A DNA stretch of 64,000 bases from Dendrobates tinctorius. Its lineage: Eukaryota. Made by a program: the position numbers and the translations under genes. The notes under the pieces were generated by a model, which was not told the origin of the DNA, ran no database searches, and saw only the letters and a list, made by a program, of their open reading frames with translations. Positions 23,194-35,982 of this stretch are shown here, piece by piece; positions within the stretch are counted from its first letter, which is position 1, and every line of letters starts with the position of its first letter. The DNA lies in contig NW_027361772.1 in NCBI RefSeq assembly GCF_039654945.1, positions 8,122,001 to 8,186,000 on the forward strand, written 5' to 3'.

Positions 23194-23543
23194 GGGCCCG
23201 TTACACTGAGCACTGGTTTTGTGACGCAGCAGCGATATTGCTAGCGATATCGCTATGTGTGATACTTACCTCCGACCGGCTCCCCCGCTGGCTATCGCTG
23301 ATCGCGCGAGAACGTCCTGGGCCGTTTCTCGTCGGCCGCTTCCTGCTGTGGCGACGAGTGGACGCGGGCGGGAGGATGTCTTCATCGCCTCATCTGACAG
23401 GTAAGTAGCGACCGCTGCTATGTCGCTGGTGAGATCTGCCTGTTTGGCAGCTCTCTAGCGACCACTTAGCGATGCACCAGCGATCCTGACCGCGTCATAT
23501 CGTTGTTGGGATCGCTGGTGCATCGCTAAGTGTAACGGTACCC
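23194..23543. mobile_element. Harbinger-like MITE, related to 50676-51122
   Basis: TIRs GGGCCCGTTACACTGAGC / GCTAAGTGTAACGGTACCC; TAA/TTA flanks. Confidence 0.75.
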
Positions 23544-23809
23544 TTAGAGCAACTTAAAAGGTTGCTTCACATTAGCGACCATATGGTTGCTGCTCCATTA
23601 AGAGTGACTTTTTGGGCGCTGTTGCTTTAATTCTTTAAGACCCTTTTGAAAAAAATTGTGGTATACAGACACCCATTTTCTACTTTTTCTCTATTGAGCC
23701 AAAATTCGGGGGACCAAATCTCGTGAAGGGGGATGGAGATTTCGAGTTACTGTTGCAAGTATTTTTAGTGCAATGTTAAAGACGGGGCATGCAAAATTTC
23801 ACATATGCA

Positions 23810-24236
23810 TATGAAGGTCCTGGAGTGGCCTAGCCAGTCTCCAGCTCTCAACCCCAAAGAGAACTTTTGGAGGGATTTGAAAGTCCATGTTTCCCAGCTA
23901 CAGGCCCAAACCATCACTGCTCTAGAGGAGATCTGCATGGATTAATGGGCCAACATAATACCACCAAAAGTGTGTGCCAACCTTGTGAAGACTTACAGAA
24001 AACGTTTGTCCTCTGTCATTGCCAACAAAGGATATATAACAAAATATTGAGATGAACTTTTGTTAATGACCAAATACTTATTTTCCACCATAATTTGCAA
24101 AATAAATCTTGCCAAATCAGACAAGGTGATTTTCTGGATTTGTTTTCTCATTTTGACTCTCATAGTTGTGGTCTACCTATGATGTCAATTACAGGCCTCT
24201 CTCATCTTTTTAAGGGGAGAACTTGCACAATTGGTG
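23810..24236 (+). mobile_element. Tc1 transposon 3' fragment
   Basis: GTCCTGGAGTGGCCTAGCCAGTCTCCA...CTCAACCCC reads VLEWPSQSP.LNP.EN.W; followed by part of the inverted repeat. Confidence 0.85.
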
Positions 24237-25585
24237 TCAGCAAAATGGATGGGTGGAGGCTGTGGTACTTGCAGGTACGCAGGATGCAGTGATGAGTCGC
24301 GAGACGGTTTGGTGCTTTTTATAATAACGTTTATAGGCCTAGAGGTAACTATCTTCAGTCACAGCCTGACCAACAAAAAGGGGTAACAAGGGTTGCCCTC
24401 GCAGGGGCTCTATACAAGCAAACACAAACGGGGTAGAATACGACTACGTCCGTCAATAGCCGGTCACTATAGGGCCGCGGTATGGATGACTACGGGTCCT
24501 TAATTATATAGTCAACTTAGCCGTCCAGACGTCCCTCGCCGTTCGGGATGGTGGTCTTTCGGCGTAGCAGTCGCTGGGCCCAGTTGCTGAAGCGTTGACA
24601 AAGTCTTCGAGCGCTCCGGCGCTCTGATGACAGTGGAGCACCACAGGCCCTGGCGGAGTCCTTGGACGGATGGGCCGCAGCCCCTGGACTGGGGCAAGTG
24701 GCAGCGATGTGGGGTGGCGAGGGGCAGGCCACCTGCGCAGCTAACAGCTGCGACGGGGAATCCGCGGCAAGCAGAGGCTCGGCCCCTGCCGCGGACCAGA
24801 GAGGGACAGTGGTGGCTGCCGACGGCACTGGACATGACGCAACCATGGGTGAGGGCAGAGCGGCTTTGGGCGGTGGGAGACAGGCCGCAGCCGCGGGCTG
24901 GAGTGAGGCGGCAGCGGCCGCTGGTGTCTGCGGGCAGGCCGCAGCCGCAGGCAGGAGCGAGGCGGCAACGGCCGCTGGCGACCGTGGGCAGGCTGCAGCC
25001 GCGGGCAGGAGCGAGGCAGCAACGGCCGCGAATGAACACGGGCAGGCCGCAGCCGCGGGCTGGAGGAAGGCGGCGGCGGCCACTGGTCGTCGCGGGGCAG
25101 CGATTCTTGGACGGTCGTCTCGGCGCCGTCCCACTGATGTCTAGAGGAAGTATCTTTCCTGTCTCTGGCCTCCTTCCTGGCTCGGGTGAGTCGTTCTGGC
25201 TCTCAGTCGCTCCCACGATCTCCTGCTCCTTGTGTCTCGTTCTGCTGACTCACTGTGACTCGCTTTCCCCGCCCCTTTCATATTGGCTCCTCCCCAGTCC
25301 ACCTGTCAGTCTCCACAGTCCGTCCCTGAACTCAGTCCCCCGGAAACAGTTTCCCCCGGAACCCATGTGACGGTCCCCTTGGTTCTGACCCGGACACTCG
25401 ATGGGACCCTCTCTCCCACAAGAAAGTTGGCTCTCATCAGGAGACTGGCAGTCAGGCTGAGTATTGTGGTCCATCATACAGGCATGGACTGGCCCACGGG
25501 AGAACAGGAGAATCCTCCGGTGGGCCACCACTCTCTTATATGAGCAGTACTTGGCTCTATGTACTTGATTCACCATATACAGACA
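24235..25585 (-). mobile_element. LTR-like repeat with internal 60-bp GC-rich tandem units
   Basis: Shares GGATGCAGTGA..GAGACGGTTTG, CACTATAGGGCCGCGGTATGG and GGAAACAGTTTCCC blocks with 28324-29322. TG..CA candidates exist but no TSD was found. Confidence 0.5.
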
Positions 25586-25831
25586 AAGGCATCATCTTAT
25601 TAATTTAACAATCGACCCAATTTATTGCTATAGAAATTTGTGAATCAGGATAAAGTCATATTTGCATGTAGCTGAAAAGTGGGGCCCTGGAGATGATGTT
25701 ACTGGTGTGCCCTTGGCATCCCAGTCCAACATTGGGTCCATACACAGACTGTGAAATATGGTCCAGCCTAAGAGACCAACCCCTCAATATATAACACAAT
25801 GCCTTTACAACAAATGGGAATGTGCAACAAA

Positions 25832-25857
25832 TCTAATATATAAAGCTCAAAGTGTGT

Positions 25858-25933
<76 letters not shown>

Positions 25934-27279
25934 GGGATAGGCATCCGCACCGTCGCAGCTACAGCCACAAAATTTGGCACAGTCACACGTCTGGACCCCG
26001 AGAGCGTCCTAAGCTACATTGTGAGGCAAAATTTTAACCCCGCACGTTCCAATTCACCAAACAATTTTGCCCCTATCTACATACTGGGGAAAAAGTGTGT
26101 GCGTATCAAGCCCCGCCCCTCATTATGATGTCACAATGGTTGACTATGGGATGGAGGATGTGTGATGGGTATATGGGCACGGGACTATGGGATGGAGAAT
26201 ATGTATGACGGGTATATGGGCACGGGGCTATGGGATGGAGACTATGTATGACGGGTATATGGGCACGGGCCTATGGGATGGTGGATATGCATGACGGGTA
26301 TATGGGCACGGGACTATGGGATGGAGGATGTGTGATGGGTATATGGGCACTTGACTATGGGATGGAGGATATGTATGACGGGTATATGGGCACGGGACTA
26401 TGGGATGGAGAATATGTATGACGGGTATATGGGCACTATGGGATGGAGGATGTGTGATGGGTATATGGGCACTGAACTATGGGATGGAGGATATGTATGA
26501 CAGGTATATGGGCACGGGACTATGGGATGGCGGATATGTATGACGGGTATATGGGCACGGGACTATGGGATGGAAGATATGCATGATGGATATATGGGCA
26601 TGGGACTATGAGATGAAGGATGTGTGATGGGTATATGGGCACGGGACTATGGGATGGCGAATATGTATGATGGGTATATGGGCACGGGCCTATGGGATGG
26701 AGAATATGTATGACGAGTATATGGGCACTGGACTATGGGATGGAGGATGTGTGATGGGTATATAGGCACTCGACTATGGGATGGCGAATATGTATGATGG
26801 GTATATGGGCACGGGCCTATGGGATGGAGAATATGTATGACGAGTATATGGGCACTGGACTATGGGATGGAGGATGTGTGATGGGTATATGGGCACTGAA
26901 CTATGGGATGGAGGATATGTATGATGGGTATATGGGCACGGGACTATGGGATGGAGGATATGCATGATGGGTATATGGGCATGGGACTATGAGATGAAGG
27001 ATGTGTGATGGGTATATGGGCACGGGACTATGGGATGGCGAATATGTATGATGGGTATATGGGCACGGGACTATGGGATGGAGGATATGTATGACGAGTA
27101 TATGGGCACTGGACTATGGGATGGAGGATGTGTGATGGGTATATGGGCACTCGACTATGGGATGGAGGATGTGTGATGGGTATATGGGCACGGGACTATG
27201 AGATGGAGGATAATTACAATTTGCTATAACTAACCACAGTTATTTACTATGCCCGGGCAGCGCCGGGCTCTTCAGCTAG
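25832..27279 (+). mobile_element. Non-autonomous Helitron with (TG)n and a 41-43-bp minisatellite
   Basis: A|TCTAATATATAAAG 5' end; 3' hairpin GCCCGG-GCAGCG-CCGGGC (27251-27268) followed by CTAG (27276-27279); no TSD. Confidence 0.88.
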
Positions 27280-27409
27280 CTATTAATAAAGGTGATAATA
27301 ATAAACCAGCACCAAAGATGCGCTCACATCTCCCCCTAGCTGTTGGTGAGGCTATTGTAAGCAATACGGGCCTTTCTGTGCAATAATTTATGGTTTAGCA
27401 GCATAATAC

Positions 27410-27552
27410 AGGATCCTCTCCCCTCTGTACCAGTCTGTCATTGTAAATTTGTTTACTGTAAATGATATCTATAACTTTGTATGTTACCCCTTCTCATGTA
27501 CAGCACCATGGAATTAATTGGCTCTATATAAATAAATAATAATAATAATAAT
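27410..27552 (+). mobile_element. L2-type 3' tail, second family
   Basis: GTACAGCACCATGGAATTAATTGGCTCTATATAAATAAA followed by (TAA)n. Confidence 0.65.
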
Positions 27553-27690
27553 TGACTCCTGTCTTAATTTTCTACTAGTTCCAGGAGGAAATGAAAGGTA
27601 AAGTGAGCTATATTTTGTATTTCACACAAGTAAAAAAAAGTTTGAGAAAACCTGAAATCTGGAGTGTGATCAGACTCCTTTGTGTATTCA

Positions 27691-27709
27691 TACTGCCACC
27701 TAGTGGCGA
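27691..27709 (-). promoter_or_regulatory. CTCF consensus motif
   Basis: Minus strand CGCCACTAGGTGGCAGTA fits CCASYAGRKGGCR. Binding is not demonstrable from sequence. Confidence 0.5.
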
Positions 27710-28323
27710 TATGAAAGGATCACATACACAAAACAAAAACTGATACTGTAATCCGGGGCGTAGTTAGGTCTATACACTGGGCACAAATAGCAGGGAGGGA
27801 AGAAGGGGCAGTGATCAGACAGTTTGGTTCATAACAAAATATTGCTGCAGCTGCCTAACACACGGAGCCCCTATGTCAGCAGTGATCAGCTGCTTCGTTC
27901 ACCTGCTGTAGCAGCTTTGTGTATCTGGTGGACAGCAGAGGTCAACATTTCAAGCCTTACCAATCATGGGCATCTCCCCTTGGTCCAATAGCACACACTC
28001 TTATGTTGGACCTTGTGTGGGAGAGAAGAGTAGATAAGAGTTCTGAGACGAGGGACCAACAGCCCCATTGCATAGCTCCCAACTGTCCCGGATACAGTGG
28101 AGTTGTCCCGACACAGCCACTCAGTCTCGCTGTCCTATCAGGGTTTTGACCTGACTTCCATTACTCACTACTCTTTCCACGTGATGTCTTCTCTCTTCAT
28201 CGCTCTCTACCTTCTCCTTCTGGGGAGAGGGGGGTGGCAGCATCTCTGCTCTGCACTCACCTGCAATGATATAAACTATTACCTTCTTGTGATCCAGTCT
28301 TCCTAGGAATCAAACCCACAACC

Positions 28324-29322
28324 TGTTACATTACAGACAATGTAGTACTCGCATGTACGGGGGATGCAGTGACGAGGCGTGAGACGGTTTGAGCATTAAG
28401 GTGTAACTTTATATCTATAGATGCTTTTGGGGCTGTCTTGAGCAACCGAACAAGCGAACAATAACTGCCCACGCAGGGGATCAATACAAGACACACGGTA
28501 ATGCGAACACGACTAGCCCGGCAAAGGCCGTTCACTATAGGGCCGCGGTATGGCCGACTATGGGTCCTTAGTTATAAAAGTGTCACTTATCCTCTCTGAC
28601 GTCCGGCAGGGTCCTGAATGATGATGCTTCGTCGTTGTAGCCGCTGGGCCCAGCCGAAGAGGATCTGACAAAGAATGGAGGCTGCAGCCCTGAACGTAGC
28701 TGCAGGGACCGCGGCTGGCAGCGGACACCGCAGGCTGGAATGGTGTGACGGCGGCCTTGGGTGGCAGCAGGTAGGCTGCAGACGTGAACTGGAGCGGGGT
28801 GGCGGCTGCCGCGGGGCGGAGCCGGCGGCGGCTGCTGCGGGCGGGAGCGGATGGGCCGCACCTTCGGTGTGGAGTTGGGCGGCGGCTTACGCGGATGGGA
28901 GCAGACGCACCTTCGGGGTGGAGTCGGGCGGTGGCGGCCACTAGGAGCGTGGCTGAACGGTCGGCTTCTCCCTCCTGGACGGCTAGGTGCCATCTCCCCT
29001 CTGCCTGTGGTGAGTCTCCCTGCAGTCTCTCTGGTCGCTGCTCTCGCCGCTCTGCTCTGGCTTTTGCTCGGGCTCTCTGGTGCTTCCTGGCTTCCTTCCT
29101 CCACCTCTCCTGTTCTACTGACTCACCCCTCCTGGCGTCCTCAGACCTTTTTATACTGGCTCCTCCCCCAACCTCTCTAGAACTCTCTATGTCCCGTTCT
29201 CTAATTCTGTCCCCTGGAAACAGTTTCCCTAGGAACCTTGGTGACAGCCCCCTTGGTTCCAGCCCGGGCACACAGCGGGGACGGCTCCTCCTACAACAGC
29301 AGCAACAGAACCTACACTGACA
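28324..29322 (-). mobile_element. LTR-like repeat, diverged relative of 24235-25585
   Basis: Shared blocks as above; minus-strand TATAAAAAG at ~29147-29155; TGTTACA at the left end; no TSD found. Confidence 0.5.
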
Positions 29323-30003
29323 GCAGGAGGAGAACTATGTATACTTGAAGCTGCTTTGCGGGCTTTGACTCCACAGGCAAATTATACTGATACATAGAAA
29401 TACATTACTGTATACATATCAGTGTATTTCTAGGTATCTGTACTCTAGATGGAAAATAAAATTCAGATTTTTTTTTCTTCCTGAAAAATTGCTAAGAAAA
29501 ATAATGAAAAGCAATTACAACAATGTAATTTTCTCTTCTTAAAAATCTGATCTTCCCAGGAATCAAACACCCAGCCTCTACCATTGTAGGCAGCAGAAAA
29601 GACTGAGCCACAGCCTGCACTGGCATATTACACTGGTATATAAAGATACATCAGTACATAGCATTCTATTTCTATGTACCTGTATTCTTTACTACAAAAG
29701 TACTAAAAAATAATGAAACACAATTACAATAATGGCAATTTTAATGTGCTTTTTTAAAAAAAATAATAAACACCACAAATCAGCAAATAACAGACATATT
29801 TGGTGTCTCTGTAATTACAACAACCATTACAACACAGCAATCAGTTTATTTATGGTGAACACAGTAAATGGTATAAAAAGTGGTGCGATTGGCTTCTTTT
29901 TATCTCTATTAAACTGATAAAAAATGCAATAAAAATCTAACACTCTGACCATGTTCACATGTAGCATGTTTTCACATTTTTTGCACAGAAATTCTCCTGT
30001 TCA

Positions 30004-30412
30004 GACCTGTTTCACACATACGTTTTTTTCATCAGTTGCAATCCGCGAAAATGGCGGGACACGGATCCGCAATTGTTTTGAAAGCAACGTGTGCTAGCGG
30101 ACCGTTGTTTTGACGGATCCGGGGAAGGCAGAAATTTAAAGGAACTCATGCCCGGGGGGGGGGGGGGAGAGAGAGATGCGGATCTGGCCAGCAAAAAAAC
30201 GTTGCAGTGTCCGTCCTGTCATGTCAGCGAACGCCAAAATGTTGGCGGATCCGTAAAAAAACGGATCCAACGGATGACCATCCATCAAGATCCGCCGATA
30301 ATGCAAGTCAATGGGAAAAAAAACGGATCCGCCAAGAAAAATGGCGGACCCGTTTTTTTTGCAAAACGGCGGATTTTGACTGATGGTGACAGACGGATGT
30401 GTGAAAGAGGCC
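30004..30412. mobile_element. Harbinger-like MITE, same family as 61289-61676 in the opposite orientation
   Basis: TIRs GACCTGTTTCACACATACGT / ACGGATGTGTGAAAGAGGCC; internal CGGATCCG repeats. Confidence 0.8.
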
Positions 30413-30774
30413 TTAACTGTCCCGGCAAAGTGGATGTGATTTTGCATACCTTTTACAAGGAATCATTGCTCGGCCTAAAAGTCTTCCTGAGCTTCTATGA
30501 CCTAGACCAGAATATGCCTCAGATTACAAATGTAAATACAGGGAATCCATAAAGAATCCAACTTGGTCTTCTCTATCTAATACCATATTGTGGTTAGCCA
30601 AAAGGGAGGAGCCAGATGTTACAGAGGGTCCAGCTGGGACATGTAGTTCCAATGGCAGCATATGGTAATGTCAAGGCAGATGAATTGGGCTGCTGGATCC
30701 TTAGGCTATGTTCACATGTTGCATTTTCGCTGCATTTTTTTTTCTTCTTCAGGTAAAACCTGATATCTTGGCAG

Positions 30775-32440
30775 TAGTGTTGAGCATTCTGATACTGCAA
30801 ATATCGGGTATCGGCCGATATTCGCTGTATCGGAATTCCGATACCGAGTACCGATATTTTTACAATATCGAATACCGGAATCGGAAGTTCCCATAATGCA
30901 ATGAGCCAGTGTTGTGGCTGTGATTGGCTGCTGAAATGATGTCATCATGATGCGCGGTCTGTGTGCATCATGATGCGCGGTCTGTGCGGGCCTGCTGGGG
31001 GTCTGTGCGGGCCTGCCGGGGGTCTGTGCGGGCTACCGGGGGGTCTGTGCGGGCCTGCCGGGGGTCTGTGCGGGCCTGCCGGGGGTTTGTGCGGGCTACC
31101 GGGGGGTCTGTGCGGGCCTGCCGGGGGTCTGTACGGGCTACCGGGGGGTCTGTGCGGGCCTGCCGGGGGTCTGTGCGGGCTGCCGGGGATCTGTGCGGGC
31201 CTGCCGGGGGTCTGTACGGGCTACCGGGGGGTCTGTGCGGGCCTGCCGGGGGTCTGTGCGGGCTGCCGGGGATCTGTGCGGGCCTGCCGGGGGTCTGTAC
31301 GGGCCTGCCGGGGGTCTGTGCGGGCCTGCCGGGGGTCTGTGCGGGCGTGCCGGAGGTTGTGTGTGTGTGCAGGCATCGTCCGATGGGACTACAAGTCCCA
31401 TCGGGCGATGCCTGCTACAATGACAGTGATTGACACATTAGCCAATGAGGGGACAGTAGTAGTCCCATCATCCGGCTAATGTGTTGAATGTAAAAAAAAA
31501 CAAAAAAACATACATACTACATACATACATGCTACATACTACATACATGCTACATATATACTACATTCATACAACATACATACATACTTCATATATACTA
31601 CATTCATACAACATACATACATACTACATACATACTACATATATACTACATTCATACAACATACATACATACATACTACATACATACTACATATATACTA
31701 CATTCATACAACATACATACATACTACATACATAGTTCATATATACTACATTCATACAACATACATACATACATACTACTGTACATACATACTACATATA
31801 TACTACATTCATACAGCATACATACATACTACATACATACTACATATATACTACATATATACTACATACATACATACATACTACATACATACTACATATA
31901 TACTACATTCATACAACATACATACATACTACATACATAGTTCATATATACTACATTCATACAACATACATACATACATACTACTGTACATACATACAAC
32001 ATATATACTACATTCATACAACATACATATATATTGTTTTTGTTTTTTTTACATTCAACGCATTAGCCGGATGATGGGACTACTACTGTCCCATCATTGG
32101 CTAATGTGTCAATCACTGTCATTGTAGCAGGCACAGCCCGATGGGACTTGTAGTCCCATCGGACAATGCCTGCACACACACACAACCCCTGGCAGGCCCG
32201 CACAGACCCCGGCAGCCCGTACAGACCCCCGGCAGCCCGCACAGACCCCCAGCAGGCCCGCACAGACCCCCAGCAGGCCCGCACAGACCCCCGGCAGCCC
32301 GCACAGACCCCCAGCAGGCCCGCACTGACCCCCAGCAGGCCCGCACTGACCCCCGGCAGGCCCGCACAGACCCCCGGCAGCCCGCCAGACCCCCGGCAGG
32401 CGTGCACAGACCCCCGGCAGGCCCGTACAGGCCCCCGGCA
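30775..32440. mobile_element. hAT-like non-autonomous element with mirror-image minisatellites around a (TACA)-rich core; right end missing
   Basis: TAGTGTTGAGC left terminus; 31350-31505 is an inverted copy of 32035-32190; 21-bp GGGGGTCTGTGCGGGCCTGCC arrays lie in opposite orientations on the two sides. Confidence 0.65.
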
Positions 32441-33539
32441 GCAGAGGCATATCTAGGCATTCTGGCACCCGGGGCAAGAATTCGGCTCGGCGCCCACCCC
32501 TCCCCCCAAGTACATATGCGACTTGCACACTTAGCCATGTACCCACGAGCTGCTCTCCCTAATGCTCTCAGTGTTCAGTAAAAACTGAGAGAAGCAGGAA
32601 GAGAAGCTCGTTGTCACAGGACCATAACTATGAAAATCGCACATGAGTGAAGTGTCCATGTGATGACTACTGGAACCTGCAGAGCTGAATCCTGACATTG
32701 CAGCTTCTGAATTCTCACAACAAATGCACTGCACACTTTTAGGATTCTCCCTTGCCGATGTACAATCATGTCAGCACAAGTATGTGATTTGTATACTTCT
32801 GGCCACACTCCGACTAGACGTGCCCGGCCTTGCTCTGTTCATTTTCATTGAGTGAGGCCACGCATGTCTAGTCAGCATGTGACCGCATGTATGTAAATTA
32901 CCGGCACAAGAGAATCCTAACAGCGTTCAGTGAGCACTGTGAGAATTCAGAAGTCTGCAGTCACAAGGAATGACTGCAGACTCATCACAAACCTGGACAA
33001 CCGCTTTAATGTTCCTAACATAAATAAAAACTTGAGAATTAGTCAGTGTCACAAATAACTTTTACATCCAGGTACCTTATAGATGTTGTCATCTCTGGAG
33101 TCGTTCTCCTTCTTTTCTTCTTCTTGTCCAGACCCCATGATGAGTTTTCTCATCACCAGCCGTCTCTGCAGACTTCCATCTTCTCCGGTCTTCTGCAGCA
33201 AATCCCCACACGATGCCCTTAAAGATAGAAGTGTCATTATAATGCCCCTAAATACAAATATCTGCAATATACTGTCGCCTCACACTATTCCCTTCCTTCC
33301 TCATACTGTCTCCTCTAACATCCCTCCTGTTCACCATACTGTCTCCTCATATATTTACCCCCTCACTCTCTATACTCTCTGCTCACACATACCCCCGACT
33401 CCCCATACTGTGTCTGCACACATCCCATCACCCTCACTCCCCATACTGTGTCCACTTACATTAACCCGTTCGGTCCCCATACTGTCTGCACCCATCCCCC
33501 ATACTGTTTCCTCATACATACTCTTCATTTTGTGTCCTC

Positions 33540-34950
33540 AAATCTCCCCACACATTAAGTACCCCCCATCCCCACTCCAAATCCCCACACACACATTAAA
33601 TCCCACATCCCCACTCCAAATCCCCACACACACATTAAATCCCCCATCCCCACTCACACATTAAATCCTCCATCCACACTCCAAATCCCCCCACACATTA
33701 AATAACCCCCCATCCACACTCCAAATCCCCCCACACGTACATTAAATAACCCCCCATCCACACTCCAAATCCCTCACACACATTAAATCCCCCCACACAC
33801 ATTAAATAACCCCCCATCCTCACTCCAAATCCCCCCACAAGTACATTAAATAACCCCCCATCCACACTCCAAATCCCTCACACACATTAACCCAATCCCC
33901 ACTCATTAACCCCCATCACCACTCCAAATCCCCCCACACATTAAATAACCCCCATCCCCACTCCAAATACCCCCACACATTAACCCCATCCCCTCTCATT
34001 AACCCCCATCACCACTCATTAACCCCCCACACATTAACCCCATCCCCATTCATTAACCCTCACACACATTAACCCTTATCCCCACTCATTAACGCCCCCA
34101 CACATTAACCCCCCCACACATTAACCCCCATCCCCACTCATTAACGCCTCCACACATAAACCCCCATCCCAATTCATTAACCCCCACACACATTAACCCT
34201 TATCCCCACTCATTAACCCCCATCCCCACTCATTAACGCCCCCACACATTAACCCCCATCCCCATTCATTAACCCCCCCACATATTAACCCCCATCCCCA
34301 TTCATTAATGCCCCCACACATTAACCCTTATCCCCACTCATTAACCCCCATCCCCACTCATTAACGCCCCCACACATTAACCCCCATCCCCATTCATTAA
34401 CCCCCCACATATTAACCCCCATCCCCACTCATTAATGCCCCCACACATTAACCCTTATCCATACTCATTAACCCCCATCCCCACTCATTAACGCCCCCAC
34501 ACATTAACCCCATCCCTATTCATTAACCCCCCACACATTAACCCTTATCCCCACTCATTAACCCCCATTCCCACTCATTAACGCCCCCCACACATTAACC
34601 CCCATCCCCATTCATTAACCCCCATCCCCACTCATTAATGCCCCCACACATTAACCCCCATCCCCACACATTAACCCCCATGCCCTCTACAAATCCCCCC
34701 ACACATTAACCCCCATCCCCATTCATTAACCCCCCCACACATTAACCCTTATGCCCACTCATTAAACCCCCTCCCCACTCATCATTAACGCCCCCCACAC
34801 ATTAACCCCATCCCCATTCATTAACCCCCATCCCCACTCATTAATGCCCCCACACATTAACCCCCATCCCCACACATTAACCCCATGCCCTCTACAAATC
34901 CTCCCACACATTAACCCGCATCCCCTCTACAAATCCCCCCATCTCCCATC
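33540..34950. repeat. C-rich minisatellite (CATTAACCCCCATCCCCACT / CCCCCACACATTAA)
   Basis: Degenerate tandem array with a strong C/G strand skew. Confidence 0.9.
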
Positions 34951-35982
34951 TTCGGTGGTTCTTCAGCTCCACAGTGGAGCACACTTACCACCAGGGTTCT
35001 CTCTGGGCGCCGGGGAGTGACATCAGCAGCGTGATCACATGACCTGATCAGCTGCTAACGTCGCTCTGACCCAGCGGTCAGAGCTGCAATTTCACTGGCG
35101 TCTGTATTTTTTGATGTGCTTTTCACGCTGATACAGTTTAGTGCCTGTTGTTCCTGAGTTTTCTGCACCAAAAACGTAGCAAAACCTGATACCTGCATTT
35201 TTGCTGCATTTTTGCTCTTACTCATGGGTGAAAAAAAACCCTGAAAGAAGTGACATGATGCAGTTTTTTAAAAAAAAACAGTCAGAAAAAACCGATCTAT
35301 GTGCAGGAGATTTTAATTTGCATTTAAAAAAACACAAAAAAAGCCCATAGCCTAAAACACTGCCTTCTTATCCACAACAATTGTCAATAATTGGGGTTGT
35401 ACTTGTAATAAGAAGCAGTGAAATCCCTGAAGAGCCGTTTGCAGGATGTGCCATTAGTGACAGGCGAAATAAAGTGCAACCAAATTGTGCTGGAAGAGTT
35501 GCGGGGGGAGGGGGGGGACTTTGTGTGCTGGACCCAATCTGCTGACCCACAGGAAGGACTTCCTCATTATAAAAGTCCTAAACCGCCAGAGTCGAGGCCC
35601 AACCCACTCCGGTCCAATCTTAAAAGGAACTTGTCAGCAGGATTGTGCACAGTAACCTACACACAGTGTCAGGTCGGCGCTGATATACTGATTACAATGA
35701 TACCTGGGTTGATTACATCTGTCTTGTGGTTGTTTTTTAATCTTTATTTTCTGTTTTGAGTTAATGATATGCTCGTGCCCCGGGGCGGCCTGTGGTGGTG
35801 GTGGGGGTCTTCATGTGGTGCTCTGCTTAGCTATTCATCAGTACGGCTTCTGTCAGGTCCCTGATCCCTCACTGACCTGCCCCCTAGTTTACATAATGAA
35901 TATTATATATGTTTTTTTTAAAAATCCCCATCTGCAGGCAGTCACCGGCGGTCGCACCTGCACTGCACCATAGTCGCATGTA

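Larger units (their letters stand above)
30704..35352. mobile_element. Harbinger-like MITE split by ~4.3 kb of later insertions
   Basis: TTA|GGCTATG at the left, CATAGCC|TAA at the right; matching AAAACCTGATA/GCATTTTT motifs at 30704-30774 and 35100-35352. Confidence 0.5.

Noticed and set aside
24512-25370. Overlapping 160-247 aa Ala/Arg-rich ORFs
   Set aside because: GC-rich 60-bp tandem repeats, open on both strands, with no domain motifs.
27579-27597. 19-nt micro-exon (ctag|TTCCAGGAGGAAATGAAAG|gtaaag)
   Set aside because: Splice-like signals only, with no partner exons; expected by chance.
33540-34950. Interstitial telomere array
   Set aside because: Units are CATTAACCCCCATCCCCACT-like, not (CCCTAA)n.
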